DNA of 64,000 nucleotides from NCBI GenBank assembly GCA_051294905.1, contig CM119371.1:13084001-13148000 (forward strand). The letters run 5' to 3'. Positions 50,153 to 62,113 of the stretch are shown here, in pieces. Made by a program: the position numbers and the translations under genes. The notes under the pieces were generated by a model. It did not search any database. It was given only the letters and a program-made list of their open reading frames with translations, and was not told the origin of the DNA. The DNA is from Botryllus schlosseri. Lineage: Eukaryota. Within the stretch, counting starts at the first letter, position 1. Every line of letters starts with the position of its first letter.

Positions 50153-53100
50153 TTATCTCGTCACATAGAGATTAATTTTCGTCACGCTTGTATCTCCTCT
50201 GTTGTCTTTCTGTTTTTTGGAAGAGTTGCCGCATTCCGATGTGTTCGTATTTACATCATTAATGACTGAATATGTCGCATCCATTGAATTCAAGATGGCG
50301 ACATCTTTCGACGGAAAGTACGAGTCACTCGTCGGCTGATCTGTACCGTTTCCACGTTCAGCTGAGACTTCTTGATCAGTTCTCCTGTCGCGGATTCTGT
50401 AATGCATATCCGTCTGTATGTATCCAGTAATTAATTTTAAGCAGTCTTAACCCATTTCAGTAAATTGTCGCTTCCTGGATTGTTTACTAATGGATCTGTG
50501 GCGATTATTTCGACGTCTTTATTGTATCATCTCAGTGGTGGGCAGCTATTAAACCAGCGATGTCGAATTCAATCCAAGTTACGGCCCTGATTCATAATAT
50601 GTTAATCGCTTGTGGACCGTACCAGCCAAATGATCCCGAAATACTTTTTTTCAAATATGATTGTATCCCAACGAGTGTAGCGTCATTTTGAAATTTATAA
50701 ACAATATATGATGCTACAGATCACAGGAGCTTTATTCGAGAACCATCTTCATTCGCAAACAATTGAATTGGCAAAAGTATAATGATAGATCAATTCAATG
50801 CGATCATAAGCCACCGAGACAGTATTTTCAAACCTTCGTGTAACGACGATATCATTGGCTTAATTTCTTTGCTCACTTCGTTCTTATCATAATGTGTAAT
50901 CCTTTCAATCCTTTAGTATTTTGCCTATTACTCATTTGATATTCCAAACCACTATTCGGCCTACTTACATTTTTTTTATATTTTTTGTGACGCGAGACTC
51001 GAATTGAACAATGCTTAATTAGTACTCCATTAATGTAGCTGACCGGATGATCTGCGGGAATCCCTAAGGATTGTATCGCTGCAGCATGTATTAGATTTTT
51101 ATTGCAATTTTGTTCAATAAAACTGTATGTCTGTAAACGCGGACAATGCGAATTAGATTCATTATTATCAATTCACATCGTTTCAACAAAGAATATTTCA
51201 AAATACGCCGTAAAAATGTTGCTGTAGCGCCTCATTGAATTAACCCACTTGGTGTACTTTGATAGCGTTGATTTGCTTAATAGAATAAAGTGAATGACTT
51301 TCTAAGGCTTTAAATAGGAATTTATATATCAATAGGACCACATATGTCAAATATATTTGCATGATATTCTTCGAACTAGGGCAGTGGTTCCCAACCTGAG
51401 GTAGGCGTACCACTAGTGGTGAGCGAAGGTTTTCTAGGTGGTACGAGAGTAGATTCTGTTTGTTTGTTTTTTCGACCGGAGGTAGTTATTGGTTCAGGTG
51501 GGGTTGATTTTGAGTGTTTGGAATTTTCTGACTGGTGGTGAAAAAAACAATTCCATGCACCCCATCAACCCTGGCTGATAATGCCTAGTTTAATAGAATT
51601 TGTTATTACATCTCGCATAGGTCAAATACGTCATTATGACGTAATACATGGTGAAAACATTTTAGGCCACCTTCTGCGCGCGTAACTTATGTAGGTTGTG
51701 CGAGCGCACTACATTAAACCTCCAAATGGTACGTGGGTGGAAAAAGGTTGGGAACCGCTGAATTAGGGTTACCATACGTCCTCTGTTAAGAAGATTTGTC
51801 CTCCTTTTTCAATAAATTGAAAGTGTCCCCGGAGGATGCCTAAATGTCCTATGTTTTAGGCATTTGTCATCTCTTTATAGAAAGGAATAAAATGCGATGA
51901 AAATCTCGACCCCGACGCACCGAACGTCATAGACAATGTGATTAATTTTGTTTAGTTAACACAGTACAATTGGTCGAACGGTTTTCAAAATCACCAGTTT
52001 TCAGAATCTTTGAGAAATGGCCTCTTTTTTGGATCTCAAAATATGATTACCGTATTTGAACACTATGTAACTTGCATTCGACGGATTAGCATAGCGCTTT
52101 ACCTCTGTAAATGCCTACCTCTCCGCCAATTTTTTTAAACATTTTCTCGGTAATTCGTGCCGATTTAACAGATGTATAATAAGAAAGACTAGAGTCAAAA
52201 CGAAAAACTGTTATTGGCAGGGGATAATGTGGCATATGAACACGTTATAGCTTGGGAATAGATTATTTAAGTGGGAGTATTTCCTCTTACAAACCTCAGC
52301 CTTTGTGGAAACATTTTATTTACTAAGCATTGCTTCGTGGGCCGGAGGACTACGTTTATAATTTTTAAAATGCACTTCTAAAACTATTCGGGCGGAACCC
52401 ACCTTGTATATATCATAATTATAATCGCCAAAATTAGGAGTGTTACTATCGCTGATCCGATGCCTACGATGATTCCAGTAGCTAGCGTGGTCGTGCTACC
52501 TGGTAAGCTCATCGTGTCGATTTCGCTGCGCAAAGAGTTTGTAGACGCATTATATTCCGTCACTTGTCCAGAATAATCCGTAATGTTAATTATGTTCGTC
52601 TGTGGAGTCACTTCTGTAAAAGTTGTTAGCAAGTGAATGTTAAAATATAACGTTTTCTCATATGTAATAACTGAAACATCAGTCTCACATTGAAAATAAA
52701 ACTAAATTTAAGCTCCAATTACTTTGACCAGTGATTTTTAAACATATACATATAATTACGTCGAATAGATCAGTAACGTAATTTCAACTTAGTGTTATAT
52801 TTCGGTATGTGCGGCAGTTTTGCTTTTTGAAACCCTGGTGATATGGTTTACAATGTTAATATGTTATGTCATAATTGCAAATGCAACTGGACTGGATACG
52901 TAAGTTACGAGTATTTTCTTCTCATTTTTATTTTCGACGTGCGCTATCCATAAAAAAATCAACAAAATAAAGAGATAGGCCTACTAATTCAAGCCCTAAT
53001 AAAATTTGCAATGAATACTGATGCAAAAAACACTCGAAATAATTCAGATGGTTTCACGCCCCCGCCCTAAGGTGCGCGTCCCCAGTTTACGAACCCTTGC

Positions 53101-53379
53101 CTTGAAGAATGACGTGGAATAGTGAAATAATAAAAATCAGGGTAATAGCATCCCTAGAACTCGTGACGTTCACCACTGGTAGGGTACAGTTTCGGAATTA
53201 AACAACACCGTCACAGACGTCATAAATAGATGGGGAATATTTACTTATGGTGCTCTGCTTTGCCTTTGTTGACTTGTCTCGTGCTTTTACAACGTGTCTG
53301 TTTCCACAGGGAAAAATATTATAAAGACAGCATCCTCTCGGCATCGGGCATCCTCTCGGTGGTTTGCAATAATCGAGAC
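50153..53379 (-). CDS. Receptor paralog C (5' part not found): Cys-rich exon 53379-53245, stalk and TM exon 52613-52403, cytoplasmic exon 50396-50153
   Basis: Phases 1-1, 1-2 and 2-stop are consistent; branch point ctaac precedes ttttacag|52613. Reads GLDYCKPPRGCPMPRGCCLYNIFPCGNRHVVKARDKSTKAKQSTI / KVTPQTNIINITDY...TGIIVGIGSAIVTLLILAIIIMIYTR / IRDRRTDQEVSAERGNG...DATYSVIND...VTKINLYVTR*. Confidence 0.82.
51382..51760. mobile_element. hAT (Buster-type) MITE abutting a second MITE (tagggttaccatacgtcc, about 51764-52055)
   Basis: TIR cagtggttcccaacct...aggttgggaaccgctg; TSD AACTAGGG / AATTAGGG (7/8). Confidence 0.85.
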
Positions 53380-56300
53380 CTGTGAAATGGCTGTTGTTGT
53401 TTTATGTAAATTGCACATGCACATGTTACAACACAGGTAAAACACATTCAATGCCTTTTAACTATGACTAATTTGTTGTTTACCCAAATCACATCGTCAG
53501 TGTTGCGACATGTACCACCAACCAGACACGGAGTGATTACTTCATGAATGAAATCCATTGCGATTACGATTACTTTTGAATGACGCGATTACGATTACAG
53601 CAAAATCTCGAATAAGTCGATTACGATTACGATTACAATGGATAAGTAATCAAGATAACTCACGATTACAATAATTTTGCTAGTTAGAACTCGACTCTTG
53701 ATCACATATTGGAAGACAATACAACGATTGCAATGAGGAGGCCTTACGAGAGAAAAATGTTCTTTTAAATGTGACGTCATTGCGTGTTACGTCACAATAT
53801 ATCAGTTTCCTATCTTAATAGCGGACAATTTCCCGACCCTATCAATTTTCATTGTAGCAACAATCCACGCTAACATGATGCATGAGCAGATGGCTACGGC
53901 AGATTCAAATGTTTGGTAGCCCTAAGAATTGCGAAATAACGATTCGCTCCTGTTTCAAGCATGGTAATATGAGAAAAAGATAGTGTGAACATAAAAATAT
54001 TCCATATTGAATGATGCTTCTCGTAGTTGAACAATGAACATGCGTATGCCTGTTGCCTACAGATATGGCGAGCTGCTGTTATTAGCAACGCCAAAGAAGA
54101 GCTGGTTTATGATTTATATCAGAAGTCAATGATTTCTGACGTGGAAGTTGTCAAGTTTTATTTGATGTGTACGAAATTACAAATCTTTGTCTGTGTAGAT
54201 ACTCCTAGGCAGTCCGAAACGTTCACACTGCGCTTAACTAAGCATTACCAAACGTCAATAATTATGTTCCCGTTTGAAACTGTTAGGCGGAGTGCTAGTG
54301 ACGATTATCCTCCAGAAAGGCAGTGGTGTGTTTTATATATTCATATCCTGTCATACGGCATGACGGTGGTTCTTTCAATCATACTACTACATCGAATATT
54401 TGTTTCAGTGGTTCCTAATCTTTATTAACACAAACTTTTGGCTTGATGACGAAAACAAAAATCTACGCTCACGTCTAACTAATCATCTAATCAGTGACAC
54501 GCGGTCAGGGGAGGCAAGCGGGACAGTGCATCACCTGTCGTCAGGATGAGCAAAAGAAACTTGTTTTCAATGATTATATTACAACTTGTTTTCAATGATT
54601 ATATTACCAATAAATATTGGTATCTTCTATGGATGTTATGAATGACTAAGTTTTGAACACATTCACACCCAAAATCATGGAAATGGCATATTTCGTTTTC
54701 AACTAAAGCGCGAATGGAGAAGGGAGGTACAGGCGGGACCAGTTTCACCTGCGACGGCGCAATTCATCATAAACAACCCATAATTTGTAATGACTAGAAT
54801 TAATCGAACGCTATTGTCACACTGATTCCGAAAATCTAAATATTACCTATATGTTGGATCACACCGAGTAGAGTGAAATTAGGCAGCGTAGCCAGACTGA
54901 CAATAGCCAGTTGATATACAAATTAATCTGCCTCATTTATTGACTAACAATCCAACACTATAGTATAACATGCCCTCACTTATGTATAGCTGGTATGTAG
55001 CCTATTTTCAATCCATGACTACATTCAATTGTGGATCTTCCTGTATGTATTAGCTGCTTACGTAGCCTGCGTTTGAACAGCGCTAACGTGAGAAGAAACA
55101 AGTCGTCAACTAAATCAGCTTCCATGTTGCGTAAACACATTTGTAAATCGGACTCTAAAAGAATCAGTAATCACCCGTGATGGAACTCACCGCGCGTCAC
55201 TGCATCTGATGCATTGCTATAGATTGCTGACGCACAAAATGAACTGTGCATCAACAGAGTGACAAAAAAAACAATAAAATATGATTTTCACACAAAGCGA
55301 AAATATTATATTGAGTCTTTATTACAATGTGTGCGACTTCTGCTGCTACCTTTCGGACACCAGTTCAGAAATGTAAGGCTTCAACTTTGGAAAGTGTGTA
55401 TTGTTCGGTCGAAGCGAAACAGCTCGATAACAATCGCGTAATTGCAAACGTAGAGATAGTAGAGATAGAATTGACATTTCAGAAGGACGAAATTTCGGTT
55501 TCTAACCCCAAACTCCTCTGCATATGCCACTGCACATGCACACGTACCACCATACCAGTCTTAATTCGACTACGGTATGGTATGGTAGATATAAGCCGCC
55601 ATAAGCTACACTTTCGCACGCTACTATAACTGGAAAAGAAATCTGCTATTTAAAAACGAGTCCTGCTATGCTATCAAGCAGCGAGTCCCCGATCTCCAGT
55701 GAATGTATATTCATATACATATGAAATCTTATTATAACGAATTAGGTGATCTCAATCACACCATTTCGCATAGGAATGAATACCAACCTATATATAAATA
55801 TATGTTTGAGATCGCGTGCCGCTGTCCGGTCCATTCTCGCTTATTGGGAGCACTGATAATACGAATTGCTGAATTGCAATTGAGCTAATAGGCCTAAATA
55901 TTAAAGATACGATCGGCATTTCATGCAGACGTTTAATAAACGAGGTTAATAAAAAGTGAGTCGATTCCCAAGCAGAAAGCCCTGAATTCCCCACTGGTTA
56001 GAAAACACTGCATTAGAATACATCTTAGAATGTAAATTTACATCACTACATTCATTTTGGTACAGCGAATCAAATGTCATTTTTTCCCGCCAATCTGTGG
56101 GTCACACATTACGTTCATTATTCAACATGAGGTTGTCCATTATTTAATTTGAGATAACCAGATATCATGAATTTTACTGCGTGTTGAAGGCCGACATATC
56201 GTAACATATTTTTGAATTATAACGATGGTTATGTCAAATACATATATTGCGTGATGATGATGATCCTATGCGAAAGCGCAGAAAATTATTTCCAAGTTCA

Positions 56301-57826
56301 GCAAATTGATAAAAACATTCATATAACTTTTACATTCTCAAAGTCCACCACTTTAAAAACTTTAGGATTGTAAGTTACGATAAGAGAAATGCAAATTATA
56401 ACGCAGGAGCGATGGAATGGCATTCGTTTATATGATATTTAGATTGGAATATTAAGCATTATTTTCCTTCATATGCGCGTTACGCAACTTTCGTGTCTTC
56501 AAATAGATGTCGACCCGGCTGGGTCAGTCATCAATCGCAATTTGAAATATGAAGATTGACAGTGAGCGATTTTCTGAGATATGCAATCAATTTTACGAAT
56601 CGAAAGTAAAATCATTGTCATGAATCCGGCAAAACTGTCAAAGTATGGAAAAAGTACGGAAGTATGGAAATAGCATTCCATACCATACCATACTTAAGAA
56701 ATTTCCATACCATAACATTCTTGCACTCTTCCATATTCCGTACCGAAATTCCGTTCCATACCATACCATACCATACCATGCCCTGGTTCTGAGTATTAGC
56801 CAAGCTCCTATTAAAATGGAAATTCAATACTTACTCCGGCAGTTCATGATTCCGTTGATACAGTTCTACTACTTCACCAAGACCCGATGATTTTCGTTAT
56901 CTTGAAGGTGGTCAATACAGATAACTCTAGACATCAATTAAAGAGAAAAATATTGCTGTTGGGAATGCATGTAGTAATATAAGTGTACTTCATGAAGATA
57001 CTTCCTGAATGTACAGTATGCCCAGGGTCATAACTGCCCCCCCCCTCCCAAGCCAGCCAGTAAGAGGGCGCCCGAGCTCGAAGGGGCCCAAAATCATGTT
57101 GTAAATTCTGGGCAAATTCAAAATTTTCTAACTCTACGCAAACCGCGAATATTGGTTGGAATGAATTCAAATTTGGTGTGCGTCGTTTTTTAAGGTAACC
57201 TGACGATTTAATCACGTAGCCCGCAAGATTAAGGAAAAAAGGTTATTTTTGAACCGCCCTAGTGGGTATGCAAGGTCGCGTGACGTGACAATTATATCGT
57301 GTCGTCTGTTGATGACATCATATCTGCACGAGAACGCACTTTACTCCATGCCATTGCTATTATATGTACTGTGCACAGAGCATTAAAACAGTGACGCAAC
57401 GTTTTAATACCGGCACTGCGCTCGGTGATATCAAACCATACAGTCTAATTTAATCTTGAAATGGTGCGATTTGTTCAAGTGTAGCTGCATAAATGAGCGC
57501 ATGTTGTGACGTTAACAGCAGAAATCCACTTTCTACCAAACGCCCAATGGTTTTATAATTCGATGTTGGCGCGCTTGTTACCGGTCCGTCCGTCGTCGAC
57601 GGAGTTTAGTTGAACATAGAAGGTTCCCTTTCAAACGAATCGAATAAACTCAGAATTGATGCCGATGAGATTCTAGTGTTGCATGGGTATTCGACAACTT
57701 GAATCAAAGCCCTGCACTGTTATAATCAGTATAACGAATTATACTACAAGCTCACAAGTGATATTGCGCGACAATTCAAGAATACGAGTGTATCAGGCAG
57801 ACAAGAATGAATAATCAAAATTGAAG

Positions 57827-58241
57827 ATTGAATAGTATATTCATATTGAAATGAACCCGAATATTTTCGGCTGACATTCGTCAGGGGTAATCGTAAGCAA
57901 CTAGTAGACAATTCTAAAGAACAGCGTATATCAACAATCGTAACACAAAACGAGAGCATTCAATGTAATATTTTTAAATGATCCACGAACTCTTTTTGTT
58001 GACACAGCCTTGAGAGTTCGTGTATCATCTAAAAATAGTACATTGAACGCTCTCGTATTCGACATTTCGTACTGGTGACGTCATATTTTGTGTTACGATT
58101 GTTGATATACACTGTTTTTTTTAATTCTCTACTAGTTGCTTACGATTACCCCTGACGAGTGTCAGCCGAAAATATTGGGGTTAATTTCAATATGAATATA
58201 CTATTCAATTGTATATTGAAGTTCTGTACCTCCAAGAAGCT
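57827..58241. repeat. Centre of a fold-back (palindromic) repeat family
   Basis: Arms 57827-57950 and 58086-58209 are imperfect reverse complements, with an extra inner pairing (57951-67 with 58039-56). Single-arm relatives lie at about 3215-3305 and 45630-45745. Confidence 0.8.
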
Positions 58242-58469
58242 GTTCAAAATTGAAGATAAGAAATTGGAAATGGCGCATCCAATCACTCGTCGTGCACAAG
58301 CATCTCGTACTGGGAAATCAGCGAAGCATGCGATGTTTTATTCATCTGACATCGTGCCATATAAGAATCCTGGTTCGAAGAATTACTTGCCACGTGTTGA
58401 ATCAATCTCTGGAGTCAGAAGACATTACTTGCTTCACACGTCAGCATTCTTGTCTCGAAATCGACAATT

Positions 58470-61400
58470 TGTAATATGTGATAGTGGTGCAACTAGTCAT
58501 ATGAGCTGCAGGAAATAATTTAATATCGACCTTAAACATTGCCACGAAGAAATTGAATTAGGCGATGGAAACCTGATTTACTCTGAAGGGATCGGAACTC
58601 TTCGAATAATTATCTTCCGAGATGGCGAAGAATATGGCATTGCAGATTTGCAGAATGCGATTTATGTGCCGGACCTATCGACAACGTTATTCTCGATTCG
58701 AGCTGCTGTTGCCAGGCATCAGTATGAAGCTACCTTCAACTCGAAGAAGCTTCGAATTTTGGATCGATACGAGGGTCATATTGTTGCAACTGGATCACTG
58801 ATCAATGGTCTCTACATGCTAGATTATCGACCTTGCAACAAAGAAGAAATGAAGATACTTAATAAAAAACCAATGAAAACAGCGGAAATCGGGATCTTTC
58901 TGATGATGATCATGACGAATTGAATCCTGATATCAATTGTTTTCGTACTGGTGCAACTGGAACAGACATTGAAGAATCTGATACCAATGATGTGAGCTAG
59001 ATCGAAAAGACTCTCAAATCATGCGCTGTGCAGTAGGAGTTTTATCCGGACGTGGAAACTTCAAGAACTATTTTGAAGACATCAGTAATCCTGTTAATGA
59101 TGATGAAAAAAAAACGAAAATTGCTTTGGTGGTACCGCATCAGCTGATGTATGGCATCAACGTTTCGGTCACATTGGCGAGGATAATCTTCGTAGAATGG
59201 TTGCGAAGAATATGGTTAACGACCTGAAGTTGAATGAGTCGAAGAACATGAAGTTTTGTGAACCGTGTGCATTGGGGAAATCCACAAAGTTACCAATCCC
59301 GAAACCATCTGAACGCCGTGCAACGAGGACGTTAGAATTGATTCACTCAGATGTTTGTGGACCCATTTCACCAGAGCCGCAAGGTGGTTCAAGATACTTT
59401 CTAACGTTTACTGACGATTACAGTCGAATGTCGTGGATGATACCTCTTAAACGGAAGTCCGATGTGTTCGCTGAACTGAAATTCTTCGTTTTAAACCAAG
59501 AAAAAGTTCGACGTCAGTTAGTTGGATGTATACGCACGGACAATGGCAGAGAATACGTGAGCAATGAATGCGAATCATGGTTGAAAGAAAATGGAATCAG
59601 ACATGAGAAATCTGTACGGTCATGTCCTTCGCAAAATGCAGTTGCGGAACGCTTGAACCGAGTTTTCTGTGAGAAAGCTTCTGCGATGCTTCATGTTGCA
59701 AAATGACCCATGGTTTCTTATGGGCGGAAGCAATATTGACAGCCGCTTATCAGAAGAACAGAAATCCAACCGTTGCTCTCAACAACAAAACTCCGTTTGA
59801 AGCTTATCATGGGACCAAGCCCAACGTAAGACACTTGAGAATATTTGGATGTAAAGCCTATGCCGTCATAGAGAAAAGTGAGAGGAAAAAAAGCTTGATC
59901 CGAAGGCTGAAGTGTGCAATTTAATCGGTTATGATTTATTATCCAAAGGTTACCGTCTGTGGTCCGAAGACAGGAAAGAAGTTCTGATTCGGAGACACGG
60001 TAAATTTGATGAATCCCGATTTCGTCAGGAAGAAGAATCGACTGAAGTTCAGCCTGAGTGTCCTACGTCGTCAATCATCTATCCTTCATTAAACAGTGAG
60101 GAACAGCAATCAGCGGATAACCGATTGATAGTAAGGCCGGCGAATGAGCAAGTGGAAGGAGTACGTCGATCATCATCGCGACGGAATGCAGGGAATCCTC
60201 CACCAAGACTTGCTTACAATGAGAATTTCGAGCAAATTGAAGACACGGAAGTGTTGACGTATGTGATACCCGCAGCAGTTCATCAGTTGAATGAACCGAA
60301 AAACTTGAAAGAAGCATTCCAGTCATTCATCAGTTGAATGAACCGAAAAACTTGAAAGAAGCATTCCAGTCAGAGCACTTTGATATGTGGAAAGAAGCTG
60401 CAAATGAAGAAATCACATCGATGAAAAATTTAAAAGTATGGGATCTCGTTAATCCTCACCCGATGGGAAGATTTTGGGGAATAAATGGGTTCTCAAGTAC
60501 AAATACGACGAAAATGGAAACGCGACGCGTGCCAAAGCAAGATTTGTAGCACTTGGAAATACCCAGAGATACGGAAGAGACTACGAACAAACGTTTTCGC
60601 CTGTGGTTCATGCAAGTTCATTTCGAGCGTATATTGCATTGGCAGTCGAGGAAAATATGGAAATACATCAGATGGACGTCAAAACCGGTTTTCTACCCGG
60701 TAGATTAGACGAGACTATCTATATGAAATAGCCCGAAGGCTTTGTACAGAAAGGACAAGCGGATAAAGTGTGTCTCCAGAGAAAGTCCCTACATGGTTTG
60801 AAGCAATCACCGCGATGCTGGAATCAAGCTCTACATGAGTAATTGATTAAGGTGGGCTTTAAATAAACGAAATCTGATCCTTGTATTTACAGCGGCGTTT
60901 ACGACGAAGGAGTCGTACAATTGGCAGTCTACCTTGACGATATACTCTTAGCGGGGAAAACGAAGAAAGTAAAATCGAAGACGAAGTCTACTTTGCAAAA
61001 GATGTTCAATGTCAAAGACACGGGTATGTTACACCATCTTCTTGGTATGCGTGTCAAGCTGACAGATGATTGTATTTGGATCGGACAATATTGTTATGCG
61101 GAAAGTGTGCTGGAACGATTCGGAATGTCCGAGTGTAAGCCTGTGTCTACTGCAATGGATTCTGGAGCAGTGCTGGAGAAAGCGAAACCGACAGACAAAA
61201 TGTTCGATTCGTCGACATATCAAGCTGCGGTTGGGAATCTACTTTCAGGCGATGTATACTCGACCCGATATTGCGTTCGCAGTTGCTAAACTAGCACAAT
61301 ACAACAGTGATCCAACCGGCAACCGTATATCATTGGCAAATGATTAAACATTTGTTGCGTTACATTCTAGAAACTATTGAATACGGTATAACTTATAAGA

Positions 61401-61888
61401 GTGGTTTCAACACTGTTACAGCTTTTGCAGATGCAGATTTCGGTGGTGACCGTGATGATAGGAAATCAACCTCGGGTTACATTATCTTGATGGGAAATGC
61501 TCCAATTTGTTGGAGATCGAAGAAACAATCAGTAACGGCGCAGTCCACAGCTGAAGCAGAATTTATCGCACTGAATCTCGCTGCTAGTGAGACCGCATGG
61601 CTTCGTCAGTTATTTGAAAAGATGGGAAAAAACGTCAAATTGCCGATCACCATCTTTGAAGACAACCAAAGTGCGATCGCGATGTGCCGAAATCGGGTTA
61701 ATCACCCAGCAACGAAACATATAGCCGTGAAATTTGGATATATCCGAGACGAGCTCGATGCGAACAAGATTGACATCGAATACGTCCCGAATGAAAAGCA
61801 GCTTGCCGACATATTTACAAAGCCGCTACGTCGACAGTCTTTCTGCAATTTGAGGAAGCAAATCAGAATTTCTCGTATTCCTGAATGA
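58470..61888 (+). pseudogene. pol: copia pol (protease, integrase, reverse transcriptase, RNase H) with multiple stops and frameshifts
   Basis: CDSGATSHM (Asp codon 58480); WHQRFGHI and CEPC zinc motif; LELIHSDVCGP..IRTDNGREY..QNAVAERLNR; KARFVALG..YEQTFSPV..HQMDVKT..YLDD; FADADFGGDRDDRKSTSGY..STAEAEF..EDNQSAI..QLADIFTK. Confidence 0.95.
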
Positions 61889-61905
61889 GAGATACTCCAT
61901 GTCAT

Positions 61906-62113
61906 AAGAGAAGGAGTGCTGCGAAGCGTTAATTGCTTAAGACCTGTGAACTCTCTTTTCGTATTTCTGTTCCTCTAATTTGGTGATTGGGTCAATGATT
62001 ATTTGATTGTTAGGTTAATACGTAGTGTATAAATGCGTTTGTGTGTTCGCTAGCCCTTGCTGTTAATTTGCCTGTGTTGTCTGCGCTGGATGCTACTTGC
62101 TGCTGTAAGAACA
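61906..62113 (+). repeat. Polypurine tract (61906-61916) and putative 3' LTR (61917-62113)
   Basis: aagagaaggag is followed directly by TG; TATAAA-like motif near 62028; candidate ..aaCA end at 62113. The end cannot be confirmed without a 5' LTR. Confidence 0.6.

Larger units (their letters stand above)
58250..62113 (+). mobile_element. Ty1/copia LTR retrotransposon, 5'-truncated (no 5' LTR or PBS, gag mostly absent)
   Basis: Domain order PR-IN-RT-RH is diagnostic of copia; PPT and 3' LTR are present. Confidence 0.95.

Noticed and set aside
55345..55518. Possible upstream (CTLD-like) exon of paralog C on the minus strand
   Set aside because: An acceptor is present but all frames contain stops and motif support is minimal.
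14735..56780. Short simple repeats: (GA)n at about 14735 and 33880, (GATT)n at about 34027, (ATTACG)n at about 53560, a 25-bp duplication at about 54559, (CATAC)n at about 56670
   Set aside because: Ordinary microsatellites or MITE subterminal repeats with no further structure.
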